From positions 1 through 34,902 of the forward strand of contig MHEO01000032.1 in NCBI GenBank assembly GCA_001803875.1: 34,902 bases of DNA. The letters run 5' to 3'. The translations under genes were made by a program, and so were the position numbers. Source of the DNA: Nitrospirae bacterium RIFCSPHIGHO2_01_FULL_66_17. Its GTDB lineage: Bacteria > Nitrospirota > Nitrospiria > 2-01-FULL-66-17. Position 1 is the stretch's first letter. Each line of letters starts with the position of its first letter. Shown in pieces: positions 30,836-34,902 of this stretch. The notes under the pieces were generated by a model. The model had not been told where the DNA came from. It searched no databases and saw nothing but the letters and a program-made list of their open reading frames with translations.

Positions 30836-31558
30836 ATGACCGCATGGTTGAAACAGCCCGGATTTCTGAGCCCCTACGGGACGCTGGGCGCGGATATGAG
30901 TTACGTCCTTGCCGTGGCGTTCACGGTGCTGTTCCTGGTCGGGTGGCGGTTCGCCAGGCGACGACGCGGCCAGGCGCACCACGTCGTGACGCTGTCCGCC
31001 ATGGCGGCGATGCTCGCGTATTTCGTCGCGTACTACGTCAACCGCGGGCTGGGCGCCCTGGCGTTCGAGGGCGAGGAGGGGTTCGGCGGACCGCCGGAGC
31101 TGTATGAGTCGTTGTTCCGCCCGCTCCTGACCTTCCATATCCTCGTTGTCACGATCGGCCTGATCCTCGCCGTGTACATGATCGTCCTGGGGTTTCGGAC
31201 GTCGGTCAAGCGCGGCGAGGAGCGGGGACTGGTGGCCGGTTCACCCCGAGGGACCGCGCTGAGGTTCACCGGCTGGGCGTTGCTCGCGTCGGTCGTCCTG
31301 CCGATGGCCCTCTTCGGTGTGCGGGTGCTGTTCACCAACCCGACGATCGGAAAATTCCTGGGGTGGCTCATCAGCGGCGTGTTGGTGGGGCTCGGCGTGA
31401 TCGCGATCGAATGGGTGGGACGGGCGATCTACCCCGACGGCGAGCGCCGGCACCGCGCCCTCGGGACCTTCACCATGATCCTCTACGTGCTCGCGCTGCT
31501 GACCAGCACGGCGACGTACGTCCTGCTCTACGTGATCTGGCCGCCCCTGATCGGCTGA
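30836..31558 (+). CDS. Polytopic membrane protein, DUF420-like
   Basis: Start moved to ATG 30836 (MTAWLKQPG...), because the track N-terminus translates repeat copy E. 5-6 TM helices. Motifs WRFARRRRGQAHHVVTLSAMAAMLAYFVAYY and ERRHRALGTFTMILYVLALLTS resemble DUF420. The AGGAG supplied by the repeat end sits 5 nt upstream. Confidence 0.5.
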   Translation: MTAWLKQPGFLSPYGTLGADMSYVLAVAFTVLFLVGWRFARRRRGQAHHVVTLSAMAAMLAYFVAYYVNRGLGALAFEGEEGFGGPPELYESLFRPLLTFHILVVTIGLILAVYMIVLGFRTSVKRGEERGLVAGSPRGTALRFTGWALLASVVLPMALFGVRVLFTNPTIGKFLGWLISGVLVGLGVIAIEWVGRAIYPDGERRHRALGTFTMILYVLALLTSTATYVLLYVIWPPLIG

Positions 31559-31562
31559 ACTC

Positions 31563-31590
31563 GTAGGGGCGGTTCGCGAACCGCCTCTAC
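31563..31590. terminator. Bidirectional REP-like hairpin GTAGGGGCGGTTCG/CGAACCGCCTCTAC between convergent genes
   Basis: 14-bp arms with one mismatch and no loop spacer, filling nearly the entire 34-nt gap between the stops at 31558 (+) and 31593 (-). Confidence 0.6.
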
Positions 31591-31592
31591 AG

Positions 31593-32105
31593 CTACGGCA
31601 GGGCCTTGACCCGATCCCAGCGCTCTCGGGCTCGGGCGAGCTGTGCGCGGATGTCCTCCTGCGATGGATCGATGTCGAGCGACCGCGTCATGTCGGCGAT
31701 GGCCTCCTGGATCCGATCGGCGCCGTACCGGACCAGTGCGCGGCGATTGTAGGCGTCCCGCAGGAGCCGAGCCGCCTTGGGGTTGGCGTGGTCGCCGCGG
31801 GACGCGGGTTCGAGGAGCGTAATCGCTTCGTCCAATCGCCCGGCACTGAGATGGTCTTCGGCCTCGGTGAGCGATACGGGGGGCGGTTTCGGCGGCGCCG
31901 GTTTGCGTGGCGCGTCGGGTGCCGGGGCGGAAGGTTTCGGCGGGACGGCGTCCGGCGACGGCCGAGCCGACTCGCGGGCCGCGGGCTTCGGGCCGTCGCG
32001 GTCCGGGACGGTGACGATCTGCATCCCGCACCCCACGCACCCGATCAGCGCGAGGCATGCCGACACGCCCCGGCGGACCGTCGTGGCGCTACGCGTTGGT
32101 CGCAC
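31593..32105 (-). CDS. Lipoprotein with Pro-rich linker and TPR-like helical C-terminal domain
   Basis: Lipobox CLALIGC. Linker PKPSAPAPDAPRKPAPPKPPP. Helical repeat region (GRLDEAITLLE...AARLLRDAYNRRALVRY...IQEAIADMTRSLDIDPS). Overlaps the upstream HD-GYP gene by 17 nt. Confidence 0.65.
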   Translation of the reverse strand: MRPTRSATTVRRGVSACLALIGCVGCGMQIVTVPDRDGPKPAARESARPSPDAVPPKPSAPAPDAPRKPAPPKPPPVSLTEAEDHLSAGRLDEAITLLEPASRGDHANPKAARLLRDAYNRRALVRYGADRIQEAIADMTRSLDIDPSQEDIRAQLARARERWDRVKALP

Positions 32106-33378
32106 GTTTGATCCGTTCGATCACCCCGGTGTCGTACAGTTCGAAGAAGATCGAGATGATCTGCGGGTCGAACTGGGTTCCCGCCTTTGTCCGCAACCGG
32201 GTGAGGCTCTCCTCTTCCGGAAGGGTCTCGCGGTAGGGGCGCCGGCTCGACATCGAGTCGTAGGCGTCTGCCACGCTGATGATCCGCGCGATCAAGGGGA
32301 TCTCCTCGCCGCGCGCGCCGTGGGGATACCCCTTGCCGTCGTAGTGTTCGTGGTGATAAACGATGTACGACGCGACCAGGTGGAGCGGTTCGACCGACCG
32401 CAAAATCCGTTCGCCGATGACCGGGTGTTCGTGCATGGCCTGCATTTCCTCGAACGTCAGCCGGGTCGGCTTCCGGAGGATGGCCTCGTCGATGCCGATC
32501 TTCCCAATGTCGTGGAGGATCGCGGCCAGTTCCAGGTCGCGCATCGTGTGATCGGGCAGCGCCAGCCGCGTGCCGATCTCGACGGCGTAGGCGCTCACGC
32601 GCTGACAATGGCCCCGCGTGTACTCGTCCTTGGCTTCGATCGCCGCCGCCAACGCGATCGTCATGTCGAGATACCCTCTCTGGATGCTGTCGGTGGCCAC
32701 CCGGAGGTCGGCGATCATCGTGTTGAATGACTCCGCCAGCGCGCCGATCTCGTCCCGGCGGTGGACGGGGACTTGGATGTCGAGGTTGCCTTTCGCGGCC
32801 TCGTGGGTGGCTGCGACAAGGAGATCCACCGGTTTGACGAAGAACCGGGCCAGGGCGAAGGTGCCCGCCATGCCGATCATCAGACCGAACACCATGGTGC
32901 GGATAACGTGCCGACGGGTCTGCGCGAGCGCTCGATCCGCGTGGGCCATCCCCATGCCGACGTGGACCGAGCCGATCGTCCGCGGCCCGTACGTGACGGG
33001 GGCCGAGAACACCATCACGTCATCGCGCGAGGGTTCGCCGCGGGCCGCGGTCAGCCCGGCTGCCCGGGGTCCGGGTTCGGCGTCCGACCGGATCACGACG
33101 GCGCCCTGGTGGTCGAGGATCCAGGCGGAGGCCACGTCGGGCTCTCGTCGAATCGCCTCGACGGCCGACGCCAGGCTCAAGAGGTCCCGCGCCAACAGCG
33201 GTTCCTTGACGCTGATCAACAGGCTCTTGGCCAGCAACTCGCCGCGCTTGGACGTTTCCGCAACGAGGAAGTTGAGCTGAAACGCGAACGAGGCCATGGC
33301 CATGGCCCCTACCGCCACGACGAACAGCAGGGAGAAGAGCACGACCAGTCGTCCCTTGATGCCGAACCTGAACGTCAC
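32089..33378 (-). CDS. Membrane sensor HD-GYP phosphodiesterase (2 TM, periplasmic domain, HAMP, HD-GYP)
   Basis: TM1 LVVLFSLLFVVAVGAMAMASFAF. HAMP (FFVKPVDLLVAATHEAAKGNLDIQV...EIGALAESFNTM). HD-GYP motifs HCQRVSAYA, AAILHDIGKIGI and YHHEHYDGKGYPHG. Confidence 0.85.
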   Translation of the reverse strand: MTFRFGIKGRLVVLFSLLFVVAVGAMAMASFAFQLNFLVAETSKRGELLAKSLLISVKEPLLARDLLSLASAVEAIRREPDVASAWILDHQGAVVIRSDAEPGPRAAGLTAARGEPSRDDVMVFSAPVTYGPRTIGSVHVGMGMAHADRALAQTRRHVIRTMVFGLMIGMAGTFALARFFVKPVDLLVAATHEAAKGNLDIQVPVHRRDEIGALAESFNTMIADLRVATDSIQRGYLDMTIALAAAIEAKDEYTRGHCQRVSAYAVEIGTRLALPDHTMRDLELAAILHDIGKIGIDEAILRKPTRLTFEEMQAMHEHPVIGERILRSVEPLHLVASYIVYHHEHYDGKGYPHGARGEEIPLIARIISVADAYDSMSSRRPYRETLPEEESLTRLRTKAGTQFDPQIISIFFELYDTGVIERIKRATNA

Positions 33379-33498
33379 GCGCGGCCGGCGGGCGAGGGGG
33401 AATCAACAGTGACCATCAACGGGCATCCTCCGAGTCAGGCAGAGTCTAGCAAGATTTTGCTAAAAGGTACAATCCGTGCCCCTCCCTGTCAAGCCATT

Positions 33499-34902
33499 TA
33501 AAAAGGTAACCGTAGAGCAGATCATCGAGACATTCAAAAGGTAACCGAGCCGGGGTGGGGAAACTGGGGCCTCCTGGTGGGTTCGCCTTGTGGGGGACCT
33601 CGCCATTTGCCCCAGGATCGACGACCGTCATGACGACCGACCCGGAGGAGCCGCCTCAAGGCGGGCGTGGGGTCGGTGGATCTCGTGCTGGGGTTGGGCC
33701 GTTGGGCGATGGCGGCGATTGGCCATAGCCCAGATCGTTTCCAGTTTCCGCTCGATCGTGGTGGAGAGCTGAAACGGATCGAGGGTGGCTCGTAACAGCG
33801 TGAGCGCGGCGATCCGGTCGGGGGTGCCCGCGCCGGAGTCTAAGACGCGCTGGAACGGGGTCTGGGGGACATCGTACACCCGGATCAGCTTGGAGCCGAC
33901 GCGTTTTTTGCCCTTCAACTTGACCGAAGGCAGAAACAGGTTGAGATAGACGCGCAGTTCGTTCTGGTAGAGGTCGTTGAGGGCGGCCACGGCGGCGGGC
34001 GTGTCGTAGCGGTCCCAGCCCACGAGCTTGCGGACATGCGTCCAGTTCTTCTGTTCGATATGGGCGTTGTCGTCTTTCTTGTAGGGCCGACTACGGGACG
34101 GTTGGATGTGGTGGCGCTGGCAGTAGCGGAACAGATGCCAGTTGATGAACTCGCTCCCATTGTCGGAATCGAGACCCTTGAGGACAAACGGGAGGGCCTG
34201 GGCCATGCCCTCCAGCGCGGCGACCACCCCGGCTTCGCCTTTGCCCAACACGGCGCGGGACTCGACCCAGGTGGTCAGGATATCGGTCTGATTGACGGTG
34301 TAGGCGAAGAGGCCGTCGGCACTGTTACCGGAATGGGACACGGTATCGACCTCCGTAAACCCGGGCGTGGTCACGTCCCAGTGGTCGGTGCGGATCGGGA
34401 TCTGGTGCTTGAGCAGGGTCCCGGGCTTGGTGCGCCCGTAGAGTCGTTTCTTCAAGCGGGTCTTCGTGGGACCGAGTCGGCGATCGATCTGCCGGGCACT
34501 GATGGCGCGGAGCTGCCGCTCCAGGTCGGCCGACAGCGCAAAGCGGGGCTTGATCCAGGGCATCCAGTCGACCACCAGGGCCTTGAGCCGGACGGACCAC
34601 GGATAGCCCGCGGCCTCCCACACCGCCTGCAGGATCCGCAGCATCGCAGGGCTGTAGACAACCGGCTTCCGGCGCAGACGGCGGGGCGGTTTGGCCGGGG
34701 GTGGCGGCCCGGCCAGCTTGCGAATCGCATACTTCCGGTGGTACCCGCAGACCCGGCAGAACTCGTCGAGGATCGTCGCCTTCACGGCTTTGGGGGCCGT
34801 CTGATACCGAGGATAGATCGCTTTGAAATAGTCCCATTGGGATCGTCCGCTCATGCTGTAACCCTCCTGAGGCCCATTCTGGCAGGGTTACCTTTGAGAT
34901 GA
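33499..34902 (-). mobile_element. Insertion sequence (boundaries unresolved; right end may run off the window)
   Basis: The transposase CDS is flanked by inverted AAAGGTAACC motifs. CAAAAGGTAACC at 33535-33546 and AAAAAGGTAACC at 33499-33511 face GGTTACCTTTG at 34886-34896. A third, degenerate AAAAGGTAC lies at 33462-33470. Confidence 0.55.
33628..34854 (-). CDS. DDE transposase with integrase-core (rve) domain
   Basis: 408 aa. SD AGGAGGG. N-terminal HTH-like region (ILDEFCRVCGYHRKYAIRKL). DDE candidates TEVDTVSH, GLDSDNGSEFIN and AHIEQKNW. IS family not assigned (IS481/ISNCY-like by architecture). Confidence 0.8.
   Translation of the reverse strand: MSGRSQWDYFKAIYPRYQTAPKAVKATILDEFCRVCGYHRKYAIRKLAGPPPPAKPPRRLRRKPVVYSPAMLRILQAVWEAAGYPWSVRLKALVVDWMPWIKPRFALSADLERQLRAISARQIDRRLGPTKTRLKKRLYGRTKPGTLLKHQIPIRTDHWDVTTPGFTEVDTVSHSGNSADGLFAYTVNQTDILTTWVESRAVLGKGEAGVVAALEGMAQALPFVLKGLDSDNGSEFINWHLFRYCQRHHIQPSRSRPYKKDDNAHIEQKNWTHVRKLVGWDRYDTPAAVAALNDLYQNELRVYLNLFLPSVKLKGKKRVGSKLIRVYDVPQTPFQRVLDSGAGTPDRIAALTLLRATLDPFQLSTTIERKLETIWAMANRRHRPTAQPQHEIHRPHARLEAAPPGRSS

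Overview
High-GC (about 65% by eye) bacterial chromosomal window, densely coded on both strands. The many long antisense ORFs in the track are GC artefacts. I support about 35 protein genes, one tRNA-Leu(UAA), several promoters and terminators, a five-copy palindromic intergenic repeat family, and an IS element cut by the 3' window edge. Housekeeping genes: partial mscS, vapBC, rnd, fumC, rpsF-ssb-rpsR. The accessory content is more interesting. (1) Two tandem, independently transcribed paralogs encode secreted proteins of about 1,050 aa with exactly five CxxCH heme sites in the N-terminal half and a large heme-free, cysteine-paired C-terminal half. A beta-propeller/LolA-like/DUF3105 fusion and a TPR lipoprotein follow. 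(2) A convergent operon encodes a standalone Reg_prop propeller and two FGE-fold proteins that lack the FGE catalytic cysteines. (3) A porin / small periplasmic PBP-like / HAMP-GAF-GGDEF trio. (4) An RpoE-type promoter drives ECF sigma, ZAS anti-sigma and a lipobox-bearing truncated hemoglobin. (5) An operon encodes PilZ, a membrane SNase, two pseudopilins and a DipZ-like thioredoxin; the pseudopilins carry an unusual, tandemly repeated 20-aa leader module. (6) A 156-196 bp MITE/REP-like element sits exactly at gene 3' ends and donates the TAG stop codon in 4 of 5 copies. All family assignments come from motif recognition by eye; no database search was run.
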